A stretch of DNA of 64,000 nucleotides, taken from NCBI GenBank assembly GCA_045578805.1, contig JAZNKY010000057.1, positions 4,333 through 68,332 on the forward strand, read 5' to 3'. This document shows, in pieces, positions 36,886-46,655 of this stretch. Numbering within the stretch: position 1 is the first letter of the stretch; the number at the start of each line of letters is the position of its first letter. This stretch comes from Oscillospiraceae bacterium (GTDB lineage Bacteria > Bacillota > Clostridia > Oscillospirales > Ruminococcaceae). Position numbers and translations under genes: made by a program. Under the pieces are notes generated by a model. The model had not been told where the DNA came from, made no database searches, and worked only from the letters and a program-made list of their open reading frames with translations.

Positions 36886-37719
36886 TCAGTCCGTTTTTTT
36901 ACTGTTGTTGGCTGCCAGAAGCGCATCGATCAGCTCTTCGACCGCGCCCTCCTCGCAGGTTCTGGTGAGGATATGCTGTGCGGCATTCTTTGCCGCATCC
37001 ACGGCATTGGCAGGTACTGCGCTGATGTCCGCCTGGCGGAGCATTTCCACATCATTATCAAAATCGCCGATTGCCAGAAAGGCTGCCTGTTCCATACCGG
37101 GAAGCTTCCGGTATTCGTTCAATGCACTGCCCTTGGTAACATGCTTCGGGAGCATTTCATAAAAGATCGGTGCGGACTGGATGAAATCCACATTGGTATA
37201 GCCCATCTGCGCGACCGCTTCGATGAAAGCCGGAATCTCCTCCGGGGACATGGCAAAGAGCACCTTGAGCCAGCCGTCCGGCGGGATCTCCTCCGGCGTG
37301 CAGTAGACGGGTTCCACGCCGCAGAGGGCAATGTGACGCTTTTCCCACTCCGTATTGCGCACAACATAGGCATTGTTGGCACGAAGCACCTCCACGCCGA
37401 CCTCCGGGAATGCTGCCATGATTTCTTTTGTCATGGTGATGGCGTTTTGGGGGAGTGATTCGGAAAAGAGTACCCTATCATGCACAGAATCATAGATCGC
37501 TGCGCCGTTGTAGACGATCATGGGGTTGGTCAGACCGAGCATTTCCTGGTAGCGGATCGCTGCCTGAATGGTGCGTCCGGTCGCGATGGCAAATCTTCCT
37601 CCCGCCGCCTCAAAACGGCGGATAGCGGCAAGATCACGCTCCAGCGGGATCTTATCCGGCGGGAGCAGCGTGCCATCCAGATCGGAGACGATCACAAGCT
37701 GTTCGATTGGGATCTGCAT
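36886..37719 (-). CDS. HAD-superfamily hydrolase, Cof-type (HAD-IIB)
   Basis: VSDLDGTLL motif I and GDFDNDVEM motif IV. Confidence 0.85.
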   Translation of the reverse strand: MQIPIEQLVIVSDLDGTLLPPDKIPLERDLAAIRRFEAAGGRFAIATGRTIQAAIRYQEMLGLTNPMIVYNGAAIYDSVHDRVLFSESLPQNAITMTKEIMAAFPEVGVEVLRANNAYVVRNTEWEKRHIALCGVEPVYCTPEEIPPDGWLKVLFAMSPEEIPAFIEAVAQMGYTNVDFIQSAPIFYEMLPKHVTKGSALNEYRKLPGMEQAAFLAIGDFDNDVEMLRQADISAVPANAVDAAKNAAQHILTRTCEEGAVEELIDALLAANNSKKTD

Positions 37720-38631
37720 TTACATTTTCTCCAGTTTCTCAATTATTTTCTGAAAATAGGGCGGAAGCTCACTGGTGAACTCCATATATTCCTCCGTTGC
37801 CGGATGGATGAAGCCGATCTTCCGCGCGTGAAGACACTGCCCCTGTACGCCCTTTATCATTCTGCCGTACACATTGTCGCCGTAGATCGGATGTCCGATA
37901 TGGGACATATGCACACGGATCTGATGCGTTCTTCCGGTTTCGAGACGCAGGCGCAGATGGGCATAGCCGCCGTACTGCTTCAGTACCTCATAATGTGTTA
38001 CGGCTTCCTTGGAATTTTTGTCGGTGACACACATCTTCATGCGTTCCGTTGGATGCCGCCCGATGGGGGCATTCACAGTGCCGCTTGGTTCCTTGAATGC
38101 GCCGACTGCAATTGCTTCATATTCTCTGGTGAAGCTATGCTCTTTGATCTGCTCCGCCAGGTGCTTATGCGCCTTGTCATTCTTGGCAACGATCAGCAGA
38201 CCGCTGGTATTTTTATCAATGCGGTGGACAATGCCAGGGCGTATCTTTCCGTTGATGCCGGAAAGCGTTCCCCTGCAGTGGAACATGAGGGCATTGACAA
38301 GGGTCTCGTCATAATTGCCCGGTGCCGGATGCACTACCATGCCCTTTGGCTTGTTGACAACGAGCAGGTCATCATCCTCATATACCACATCCAGCGGAAT
38401 ATCCTGCGGCACAACGTCGATCTCCTCCGCGGGCGGAACAGCTACCTCGATGCGCTGTCCGGTTTTCGGGCGGTAGTTCTTGGGGATGGGCTTTCCTTCC
38501 ACCAGCACATTGCCGCTGGCGATCAGCCCCTGCACGGCACAGCGCGTCAGTCCGATGCCAAGCGTGGCGATCCATTTATCCAGTCGGGAGCCGGCGGCAG
38601 CTTCCGGGAAGATCAGGTCATGCTTCAGCAT
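37720..38631 (-). CDS. rluD: RluA-family 23S rRNA pseudouridine synthase (RluD-like)
   Basis: S4 domain then HRIDKNTSGLL catalytic-Asp motif. Start ATG 38631 (MLKHDL...) with GGAAAGGAGG RBS, overlapping the lspA 3' end by 14 nt. Confidence 0.9.
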   Translation of the reverse strand: MLKHDLIFPEAAAGSRLDKWIATLGIGLTRCAVQGLIASGNVLVEGKPIPKNYRPKTGQRIEVAVPPAEEIDVVPQDIPLDVVYEDDDLLVVNKPKGMVVHPAPGNYDETLVNALMFHCRGTLSGINGKIRPGIVHRIDKNTSGLLIVAKNDKAHKHLAEQIKEHSFTREYEAIAVGAFKEPSGTVNAPIGRHPTERMKMCVTDKNSKEAVTHYEVLKQYGGYAHLRLRLETGRTHQIRVHMSHIGHPIYGDNVYGRMIKGVQGQCLHARKIGFIHPATEEYMEFTSELPPYFQKIIEKLEKM

Positions 38632-39124
38632 CCTGTGCCTCCTTTCCGCCGCGCTTCGGTTCCTTATCCATGAAGAACAAGATATATACAAAAAGCATTG
38701 CGGTACCGATGCAGACGCAGCAGTCGGCAAAGTTGAAGATCGCAAAGTCAAACAGCTGTACATCCAGATAATCTACCACCGCACCGCCGCGGAATATGCG
38801 GTCGTACATGTTGCCCAATGCGCCGCCGATGACGAGCACCAGACTCCAGAACAGGAACGGTTTCTTCTGCGCATGGCGGATCAGGATATAGATACATACA
38901 CCTGCCCCGAGAATGGTCACAGCCAGCAGGAGCCAACGCTGTCCTGCAAGGCTGCCGAATGCGGAGCCGGTGTTTTCAAGGTAGGTCAGATCCATGATGT
39001 CGAAATCTCCGATATGGAGGAAGTCCATCGTTCCGACAGGCTTCAGCTCCTTCACTGCCCAGAGCTTGATTGCCTGGTCGATTCCGACCAGAAGTGCAAT
39101 GACGATTGCTGCTATGATCAGCAA
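38618..39124 (-). CDS. lspA: Lipoprotein signal peptidase (signal peptidase II)
   Basis: 168 aa, four TM segments, NTGSAFG and FNFAD(C) blocks. TTG start at 39124 six nt after GGAGGG. Confidence 0.9.
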   Translation of the reverse strand: MLIIAAIVIALLVGIDQAIKLWAVKELKPVGTMDFLHIGDFDIMDLTYLENTGSAFGSLAGQRWLLLAVTILGAGVCIYILIRHAQKKPFLFWSLVLVIGGALGNMYDRIFRGGAVVDYLDVQLFDFAIFNFADCCVCIGTAMLFVYILFFMDKEPKRGGKEAQDAEA

Positions 39125-39253
39125 GGCATTCCCTCCTTATTTATCGCTTTTCCCAATGATCCCGACAAACACCAGAAAACGGTCCGCCGCCCTCTACGGA
39201 CAGCAGACCGCTTCAGGATCGGGCATTTGTCACAGATACACAGAACCGTTTTT

Positions 39254-39483
39254 AGAGCGTGTTCAGTATCTGGAAATAGCAGGGCTTTTGAGCAGATTTC
39301 TCATGTATCAAAGCGCGAAATCCGCAGTGATACAGGCTCATATCCAATACCTGTATACCACTCATGTTCATACAGCATCCTGACTCACATTCAGGCATAC
39401 TTGATGTATTACGAGGATTTCGGGCAAAGATACAGGGAAAAGATGCCGAAAAGACTACTATTGAAAGATGCTGAACAGGCTCT
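39254..39483. repeat. Family-B MITE-like long-hairpin element, copy B2 (about 70 nt apical insertion)
   Basis: Ends AGAGCGTGTTCAGTATCT / AGATGCTGAACAGGCTCT. Same basal stem blocks as B1, with extra hairpins at the apex. The last nucleotide is the first base of the divIVA stop codon. Confidence 0.8.
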
Positions 39484-40172
39484 CAGGCTTCTGTTGTTTC
39501 CTTGGATCCCTGGCTGTTCTTGTCGCCGAACTGCAGATCGCTGAAACGGGACTCATATGCACCGCGGATCACTCTTGTGGAAAACTGGGAGGTTGCAAAC
39601 GGATCGGGCTTTGCTTCCTCAGCGGATGCTGCCTCAGTCTGCGCAGCTGCAGGCTCTGCCGGTGCAGGAACTGCTGCTTCTTCCTCGCTGTCGTCCGTTT
39701 CGGGCATTGCGGAGATCATCTCCAGGTGGTTCTTGTACATGTCGAACAGGCTGCGCTTGAAATCCGCAACCATCTTGCGAGCCTGTACAAGTGCTTCCTT
39801 TTCCTTTGCGATCTCGGCACGGTTCTTTTCCATGGCGATCTCATGCTGGCGTGTTGCTTCGTCCAGGAGAACAGCCGCTTCTTCCTTTGCCTTGTCCAGG
39901 ATCTGGGCAGCCTTTTCGTTTGCTTCTGCAATTACCTGATGACCCTGCTTCTGGGCACCGAGCAGCGCATCCTTGAGGGCTTCCTCGTCCTTCATGTACT
40001 CGCGAACCTTGTCGGCAAGGATCTGGATCTTGTGATTGCTGTCCTCACGCTCAATTTCAATTTCCTTGAATGCTGCCTCAAGCTGTCCGAGAAATTCATC
40101 AATATCCTCCGGACGATAACCCCAGGCTGCCTTTTCAAATCGTTTGTCTCTGATGTCCTGTGCAGTCATCAT
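39483..40172 (-). CDS. divIVA: DivIVA-domain cell-division/polarity protein
   Basis: N-terminal DIRDKRFEKAAWGYRPEDIDEFLGQL signature, then coiled coil. Lies in the ylmE-sepF-ylmH-divIVA string. Confidence 0.88.
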   Translation of the reverse strand: MMTAQDIRDKRFEKAAWGYRPEDIDEFLGQLEAAFKEIEIEREDSNHKIQILADKVREYMKDEEALKDALLGAQKQGHQVIAEANEKAAQILDKAKEEAAVLLDEATRQHEIAMEKNRAEIAKEKEALVQARKMVADFKRSLFDMYKNHLEMISAMPETDDSEEEAAVPAPAEPAAAQTEAASAEEAKPDPFATSQFSTRVIRGAYESRFSDLQFGDKNSQGSKETTEA

Positions 40173-40193
40173 AGTGCTTCACCTCGTAAATTA

Positions 40194-40940
40194 TTATAGA
40201 TATTTCTCAATGGTTATATGCAAACGTCCCTTTTTAGTGGGACCGCTTAGCTCGCTGACCCGGAATTTGCCGTACCCGCGGACGGAAAACACATCGCCCT
40301 CTGCCAGCTGACAGGATACCTCCTGCACCTGCATATAATTCAGTGTGACCAATCCTCCGCGGATCAGATCCGCGCAGGCGTTTCTGCCCGTATTCAGTGC
40401 TGTCCGCAGAACAGCATCCAGTCGGGGCGCAGCCACGGTGCCGGTGATCTCCTTGGTCTCCTGCTGATATTCGCAGGAAAACGGAAGGGTGTCAGTGATC
40501 TGTACGCCCACTCTGCCGATCTTTTCCATCTGCATACAGACGGCAGCGGCGGCGGGGGTGACAAAGCACTGGATCCTGCCGGGCGTTACCACGATGTCTC
40601 CCACAGTATCACGCTGCACCTGCTGTGCCATGATGCTGCCGAGAACATCCCGATGGGTAAGCTTGTCTGCCAGGCGATGGGTGATCGTCAGGCAAACGAT
40701 GGGAAACTCCGCATCCTCCGGCGGAAGATCGGGCGGATGGACGCAGAGAATGCCGCGCTCCGCCTGCGGAAAGCCGCCGAAAAAACGGTAGGTTCCAGCC
40801 TGAAGCTGGCGGGAAGCCAGAGTGTACTGGCGCATGTCCAGAAAGGCAGTAAAGCTCCGGTAGGCACCGCGCCTTGCCATATCGCTGACATGTGCCAGCA
40901 GGATCCTGTCCACCGACTCCTGCTTTTTATCCGACAGCAT
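40194..40940 (-). CDS. ylmH: YlmH-like S4-domain RNA-binding protein
   Basis: C-terminal S4 module (RLDAVLRTALNTGRNACADLIRGGLVTLN); conserved position between sepF and divIVA. Confidence 0.75.
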   Translation of the reverse strand: MLSDKKQESVDRILLAHVSDMARRGAYRSFTAFLDMRQYTLASRQLQAGTYRFFGGFPQAERGILCVHPPDLPPEDAEFPIVCLTITHRLADKLTHRDVLGSIMAQQVQRDTVGDIVVTPGRIQCFVTPAAAAVCMQMEKIGRVGVQITDTLPFSCEYQQETKEITGTVAAPRLDAVLRTALNTGRNACADLIRGGLVTLNYMQVQEVSCQLAEGDVFSVRGYGKFRVSELSGPTKKGRLHITIEKYL

Positions 40941-40944
40941 GGGA

Positions 40945-41394
40945 TCAGATGATTACGCCGTTGTTCTCCAGCTCTGCTGCCAGGTCATCACCGATGAATC
41001 CTACATTGTAGGGTGTGATGATATAGGTCAGGTTGGCAACGGGCTTGAGGCTGCCGCTGATGGCATAGGATACGCCCACGAGGAAGTCGATGATTCTTCT
41101 TCTGTTCTCAGGGGATGCAGTCTCCAGATTCAGAACAACAGTCTTGCGGCTGATCAGATGGTCAGCAATTGCCTTGGCATCAGTAAATACCTCGGGCTTT
41201 ACCAGAACGACCTGCAGCTGTGCAGTTGCCTGGATGTTTACGATATTGGAACCGGGAGTTCTTTCGATCGGAATATCCTCAAAGCCGGGAGTGTTCGGTA
41301 CGCCGGGATTGGATACGGGAATCTCACTGCCGGGAACCGGATCGGGCATATCGGACGGGAAAAAGAATTCCTTCATGTTGTCAAAAATCTTCAT
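40945..41394 (-). CDS. sepF: Cell division protein SepF
   Basis: C-terminal SepF core (VVLVKPEVFTDAKAIADHLISRKTVVLNLE...). Start ATG 41394 (MKIFDNMKEFF) six nt after GGAG. Confidence 0.85.
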   Translation of the reverse strand: MKIFDNMKEFFFPSDMPDPVPGSEIPVSNPGVPNTPGFEDIPIERTPGSNIVNIQATAQLQVVLVKPEVFTDAKAIADHLISRKTVVLNLETASPENRRRIIDFLVGVSYAISGSLKPVANLTYIITPYNVGFIGDDLAAELENNGVII

Positions 41395-41452
41395 AACAAG
41401 CTCCATTCTCCGCGCGTTTGGGTTTATTGCGATGCGCACGGTCATCAAAAAA

Positions 41453-42148
41453 TTAGATATATTTTCTTGTGCCGAACAATGCAGAACCGATTCTCACAAG
41501 GTTGGATCCGCAAGCAATGGCGGCTTCAAAATCCCCGGACATTCCCATGGACAGAATCCGCATCTCTGTATTCGGTACATGCTTTGCCTTACAGTCCTCG
41601 AAAAGCCTCTGCATGGCTTCGAGATACACCGTCTCCTGTGTGGGCGGCGGTATGGTCATCAGACCACAGATATGTATGTGCGGCAGCTCCGCGATCTCGC
41701 ACAGCAGCTCCGGCAGCTCCGGCGGACTGATGCCGCTTTTGCTCTCCTCGCCGCCGATATTGACCTCCAGCAGGATTTCCTGCCGCAGACCGTGCTTTTC
41801 TGCACAGCGGCTGATCTCCTTTGCCAGGGACAGCCGGTCAACGGAGTGGATCATGGATACATTTCCCACAAGATATTTCACCTTGTTTGCCTGCAGATGA
41901 CCGATGAAATGCACCTCCGCCTCCGGGCGGTACTGCTCGCGTTTGGACTGGTATTCCTGCACACGGTTCTCACCGAGCAGGCGGATGCCGCAGTCCACGG
42001 CACAGTTGACCAGCTCCGGCGGGACGGTCTTTGTCACCGCCATGAGGCTGATGGTATCGGGATCCCTGCCGCTTTTGACAGCTGCTGTCCGGACAGCCTC
42101 CTGGATCCGTGCGCAGCATTCGCGCACCTCTGTCAGCTTATTGTCCAT
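41453..42148 (-). CDS. yggS: YggS/YlmE-family pyridoxal-phosphate homeostasis protein
   Basis: PLP-lysine block LMAVTKTV and C-terminal LSMGMSGDFE block. Confidence 0.9.
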   Translation of the reverse strand: MDNKLTEVRECCARIQEAVRTAAVKSGRDPDTISLMAVTKTVPPELVNCAVDCGIRLLGENRVQEYQSKREQYRPEAEVHFIGHLQANKVKYLVGNVSMIHSVDRLSLAKEISRCAEKHGLRQEILLEVNIGGEESKSGISPPELPELLCEIAELPHIHICGLMTIPPPTQETVYLEAMQRLFEDCKAKHVPNTEMRILSMGMSGDFEAAIACGSNLVRIGSALFGTRKYI

Positions 42149-43385
42149 CTGCGTCGATCCCTCCTGTTATAATTGAATCATACAGAAGCAGATAACCGCT
42201 TCCTGCGTTCTGCGAGGAAATCACATAGTCCGTACCCTCATAGATCACGTCCAGCTTCCGAAATTCGGGCTGTTCGCCATTGAGCACATACACGCCGCGA
42301 TAGCTCACGGACTGCGGTACGTTCTCGCCTGTAAGGGGGTCTGTCACTTCCTCGGTAAATGTCTGAAAATGGATCGCACCGCGGGGAACCATAATTCCCT
42401 GGTATTCGCCGCGGATCAGCTCCACGCTTTCTGTGCGGTGCTGCACCAGATCATAGGTCAGCGTTTCACAGCTGATGGCAATGATGGTCTGCTCTTCGCC
42501 CTCTTCATTGTTCAGCATCACGATCTCTCCGGTCACAGTGTCCGAAGTGGATGCGAATTTCAGGGTAACTTTATCCTCTACCTCGTAGAGCTTGTCACTG
42601 TTGTCCACGACCGCTGCCAGGATCCAGTCATAACCGTCGATCAGCTTGCCGACTGTTTTGCCGTCATTCTGAACACTGTCCGTAATACTTTCCAGCTGCG
42701 AAACTGTCAGCTCCTCGATGGAATCCAGTCGGAGGGTCTCCTCCAGGCCGTCCGCATAACTGACGAAGTACGCAGTCCTGTCCGCGCGGATAGTATCCAG
42801 CGGTGCCTCCCGTGCCAGTGTCAGTGCGCTGATCTCAGAACGGATGGTCTCCATTCTTTCCTCATAGCCGGAATCCTTTCCGGTCACAAGACGGTAGGTA
42901 CTCAGCAGAACTGCCATTTCCTCGCGTTCGGATGCAATATCTGAAAGATGATCCTGCTCCCTGCTGTACAGAAAACGCTTGTAGGTTTCTGTGAGCAGAT
43001 TGGAGATATTGGTCGGCTGGGCAGTCTGGGTCGTGCCGGGGTTGGAGATGCGCTCCAGCAGTGCGTAGGTATTCTCCAGACTCTCGATCCGCTGTTTGAT
43101 CTGGATCTGATTATCGGAGGAATACACATTGGCGATCACCGATCCGATGCCAAGTCTGCCGCCGTCGGGGACTTCATAGCTGATGACTCCCTCACCGCTG
43201 TAGTTGATGACCTCCTCGTTGCGGATGAACACACCCTTGACAAGCTCGGAGTCGCTGCCTACGGAAAGCAGTGCGGTTTCTGTAGAATAATCCTGATGCA
43301 TCTTTTTGTAAAAGATATTGATGGTCGTCACGATCGCACAAATAGCGACAAGACTTAACACCAGCTTCAGCATTGCGGAATTCAT
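42138..43385 (-). CDS. Membrane-fusion-protein-like (HlyD-family) protein, no cognate transporter adjacent
   Basis: N-terminal TM anchor, long alpha-helical hairpin-like middle, beta-barrel-like C-terminus. Assignment by overall resemblance only. Confidence 0.55.
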   Translation of the reverse strand: MNSAMLKLVLSLVAICAIVTTINIFYKKMHQDYSTETALLSVGSDSELVKGVFIRNEEVINYSGEGVISYEVPDGGRLGIGSVIANVYSSDNQIQIKQRIESLENTYALLERISNPGTTQTAQPTNISNLLTETYKRFLYSREQDHLSDIASEREEMAVLLSTYRLVTGKDSGYEERMETIRSEISALTLAREAPLDTIRADRTAYFVSYADGLEETLRLDSIEELTVSQLESITDSVQNDGKTVGKLIDGYDWILAAVVDNSDKLYEVEDKVTLKFASTSDTVTGEIVMLNNEEGEEQTIIAISCETLTYDLVQHRTESVELIRGEYQGIMVPRGAIHFQTFTEEVTDPLTGENVPQSVSYRGVYVLNGEQPEFRKLDVIYEGTDYVISSQNAGSGYLLLYDSIITGGIDADGQ

Positions 43386-43397
43386 GGCATCACCAGC

Positions 43398-43637
43398 TTA
43401 TTCAGATTTTTCTTCAGCATCCAGAATAGAGATCGGTCTTGAGGGGGCAATGGTGGAGATCGCGTGCTTGTACACAAGCTGCTGCTTGCCGTCACAGTCG
43501 AGGATCACGATATAGTTATCAAAACCCTTGACGATGCCCTTGAACTGGAAGCCGTTCACCAGGTAAATGGTCACAACATTGCGCTCCTTGCGCGCAAGAT
43601 TCAGGAAGGTATCCTGAAGATTGATGGTTTTGTTCAT
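43398..43637 (-). CDS. hfq: RNA chaperone Hfq
   Basis: 79 aa, Sm1/Sm2 blocks [28 protein letters not shown]...YKHAISTI. Confidence 0.93.
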   Translation of the reverse strand: MNKTINLQDTFLNLARKERNVVTIYLVNGFQFKGIVKGFDNYIVILDCDGKQQLVYKHAISTIAPSRPISILDAEEKSE

Positions 43638-43702
43638 TTGTTACTGCTCCTTTCCCGTTGCGGGAGGTTCGTTTCCGGCTTCTGCCGAAAATGCTTTATT
43701 AT

Positions 43703-44653
43703 TTAATTATACCACAAATTCTCTCTTTTGGCTATGATTTTTTCTGCTTTTTCTGAAATTTCTTCTACTTCATCATTTTCACTTAAAATCAACCATGAAA
43801 TTTGATGATTTCGACGAAACCAAGTGAGCTGCCGCTTAGCATAGCGGCGTGTTTCCTGCTTGATGAGTGCGATACAGTCCGCAAGCTCTGCCCGTTTTTC
43901 AAAATAGGGGATCAGTTCCTTATAGCCGATGGCGTTGCCTGCGGTGCACAGACCGCCCGCTTCATAGACGGCGCGCGCCTCCTCCAGCAAGCCCTGTGCG
44001 AGCATGATGTCCACCCGCCGGTCGATGCGGTCATAGAGTACGGCACGGTCGGCATAGTCAAGACCGATGATGACTGCGTCATAGGGGGATGGCTGGGCGG
44101 CATTCTCTGCCTTCAGCTCGGAAAATGTCCTGCCGCTGGAAATGCATACCTCCAGTGCGCGGACAACGCGAACCACGTTATTCGGATGGATCGAAGCTGC
44201 TGCAGCCGCATCCAGTGCGGCAAGCTGCGCATGGAGTGCCTCCTTCCCTTCCGTTTCCGCTCTCGCATACAGCTCCTCACGGAGCTTCGGGTCATTGCCC
44301 TCCGCTGAGAACTGCATTCCGCTGAGAAGGGAATCCACATACAGCCCCGTACCGCCGACGAGAATGGGGAGCTTTCCCCTTGCGGCAATTTCCTCGGTCT
44401 TCTCCTTTGCAAGCGCGACATATTCTGCCGCAGAAAACGGCTGGCTGCGCGGGAGAATGCCGATCAGGTGATGGGGAATCTCCTGCATCTCCTCCGCTGT
44501 GGGCTTGGCGGTCGCAATGTCCATTCCCTCATAGATCTGCATGGAATCAGCAGAGACGATCTCACCGCCGTATTTCCGGGCAAGTGCAATGCCGAGTGCG
44601 GTCTTTCCCGATGCAGTAGGTCCGACCACTGCGATAATTCGTTGTTTTTCCAT
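43703..44653 (-). CDS. miaA: tRNA dimethylallyltransferase
   Basis: P-loop VVGPTASGKT and DSMQIYEGMDIATAKP block. Confidence 0.93.
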   Translation of the reverse strand: MEKQRIIAVVGPTASGKTALGIALARKYGGEIVSADSMQIYEGMDIATAKPTAEEMQEIPHHLIGILPRSQPFSAAEYVALAKEKTEEIAARGKLPILVGGTGLYVDSLLSGMQFSAEGNDPKLREELYARAETEGKEALHAQLAALDAAAAASIHPNNVVRVVRALEVCISSGRTFSELKAENAAQPSPYDAVIIGLDYADRAVLYDRIDRRVDIMLAQGLLEEARAVYEAGGLCTAGNAIGYKELIPYFEKRAELADCIALIKQETRRYAKRQLTWFRRNHQISWLILSENDEVEEISEKAEKIIAKRENLWYN

Positions 44654-44660
44654 ATTTCAC

Positions 44661-46613
44661 CTACACTCTGCGCCGGAACTGCTTTTCCAGGTTGTACTTG
44701 GACATCGTGAACATCACCGGTCTGCCGTGCGGGCAGTGGCGGATGTTTTCATCACGGCATACCTGCTCCGTCAGTGCCTGCAGCTCCCGGATGGAGTTTT
44801 TGTCATTGGCACGGATGGCGGATTTGCAGGCAAGCTCATGGAGCATATCATCGAGCAGATGGGTCTGCGGATTGACCTTCCCTAAAAAAAGGTTATGCGC
44901 CAGCTCCTGCACGATCTCATCAAGGTTCAGCCCGTCAAAAAACACAGGTGCGGCAGTCGTCACCGCATAGGGCTTATGTGAGAAATCAAAGGCAAAGCCC
45001 AGCCTGTCGAGAAGCTCCGTATTTTCCTCCATCACGGAAAATTCATCCATCGTCAGCAGGACGCGGCATGGCTCTAAGAGCATCTGCTGGTACTGCCTGC
45101 AGTTGTCGCGGCGGAGCTTTTCGAAGATCACGCGCTCATGGGCAGCGTGCTTGTCGATGATGATCATGGTATCGCCCGACTGTGCGAGGATGTAGTTGGC
45201 AAACAGCTCACCGATCACCTTAACATCCGGGAACGGCTCAGTTTCGATCTCCGCAACTGCAGGAGGCTCCGGCATTTCCGGAGCTGTTGTCAGGGGTTCC
45301 GGCGTATGTACCGTCTGCACTGCCGGTTCGGCAGCTTTGCGGAGATCGCCGGAAACGATGGGAGTTTTCGGCGGTGTCTTTTCCGCAAACAGGCTCGTTT
45401 TTTCCGGTTCGCGCACAGGTTCTGCCGGCTTCGGCATGACTGGCGCAGGGAACGGCATGGAGGCTGGTGCAAGCGGCTGGGGCTTTGCAGCTTCCTGCCG
45501 CACCGGGGGCGCGGGCGGTGCGGGCTTCGGCGGCTCCGCAATAAGGGGCTGCTGTGTATATTCCGGTTCGGGCTTCCGGTACCAATCCTGTTCCGGTTTC
45601 TTCGCCTGAAATTCGTAGATCAGCCCCGCCTTCATCAGCGCGTTTTTCACAGCAAAATAAATGGCGTTGATCACGGTTTTTTCCTCTGAAAAGCGCACCT
45701 CCGCCTTGGCAGGATGAATATTGACATCCAGCGTGTCCGGCGGCATTTCCAGCATGAGGACACAGGCGGGAAATTTTCCCGTCATGATGAGATTTTCATA
45801 GGCACTCTCCAGCGCGATCATGCATGTACGCGAACGGACATAGCGCGTGTTGACAAAGAAATTCTGGAAGCTGCGGTTGTTCTTGGCATAGAGGGGCTTG
45901 ATGACAAATCCCTTTACAGAAATACCGTCCTGCATATGATCCACGGGAAGCAGATCCCTTGCAAAATCCCTGCCATAGACCGCATGGATCGCTGCAAGAA
46001 GCGTGCCGCTGCCGTCGGAGTGAAATTCCATCTTGTTGTCACGGATGAAACGGAATGCGATCTCCGGATGGGAAATGGCGATTTTCTGGATGATCTGCGC
46101 CACAGCGTTGCCCTCTGCCGCATCGCGCTTCATGAATTTCCGGCGTGCCGGAACATTGAAGAACAGATCCTTGATAAGGAGCGTTGTGCCGTTCGGGCAG
46201 CCGCATTCCTCCGGCGTACCGGCATCCGCGCCGGCGATCTCATATTTCGTGCCGTATTCGTCCTGTTCGCGTTTCGTCAGCACAGTGACCCTTGCCACTG
46301 CAGCAATGGACGCGAGAGCTTCACCGCGGAAGCCGAGCGTATGGATGGTATCCAGATCGGCTTTTTCCGTGATCTTGCTCGTGGCATGACGAAGGAAAGC
46401 CGTGGGGACATCCTCCGCTGCCATGCCGCATCCGTCGTCCACGATGCGCATGAAGGTCGTGCCGCCGTTTTTGATCTCAACGGTGATATGCGATGCGCCC
46501 GCGTCAATGGAATTTTCCACCAGCTCCTTGATAACGGAGGAGGGGCGTTCGATCACTTCTCCGGCTGCGATCAGCTCGGAGACGGTTTTGTCAAGTACGG
46601 TGATAACTGCCAT
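44661..46613 (-). CDS. mutL: DNA mismatch repair protein MutL
   Basis: GHKL ATPase N-terminus (VIKELVENSIDAG, DDGCGM) and C-terminal dimerisation/endonuclease domain; follows mutS. Confidence 0.95.
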   Translation of the reverse strand: MAVITVLDKTVSELIAAGEVIERPSSVIKELVENSIDAGASHITVEIKNGGTTFMRIVDDGCGMAAEDVPTAFLRHATSKITEKADLDTIHTLGFRGEALASIAAVARVTVLTKREQDEYGTKYEIAGADAGTPEECGCPNGTTLLIKDLFFNVPARRKFMKRDAAEGNAVAQIIQKIAISHPEIAFRFIRDNKMEFHSDGSGTLLAAIHAVYGRDFARDLLPVDHMQDGISVKGFVIKPLYAKNNRSFQNFFVNTRYVRSRTCMIALESAYENLIMTGKFPACVLMLEMPPDTLDVNIHPAKAEVRFSEEKTVINAIYFAVKNALMKAGLIYEFQAKKPEQDWYRKPEPEYTQQPLIAEPPKPAPPAPPVRQEAAKPQPLAPASMPFPAPVMPKPAEPVREPEKTSLFAEKTPPKTPIVSGDLRKAAEPAVQTVHTPEPLTTAPEMPEPPAVAEIETEPFPDVKVIGELFANYILAQSGDTMIIIDKHAAHERVIFEKLRRDNCRQYQQMLLEPCRVLLTMDEFSVMEENTELLDRLGFAFDFSHKPYAVTTAAPVFFDGLNLDEIVQELAHNLFLGKVNPQTHLLDDMLHELACKSAIRANDKNSIRELQALTEQVCRDENIRHCPHGRPVMFTMSKYNLEKQFRRRV

Positions 46614-46655
46614 TCGGCTCTCCTTTCTTTGCGAAATTTGCGGAATGCTGCGTTT

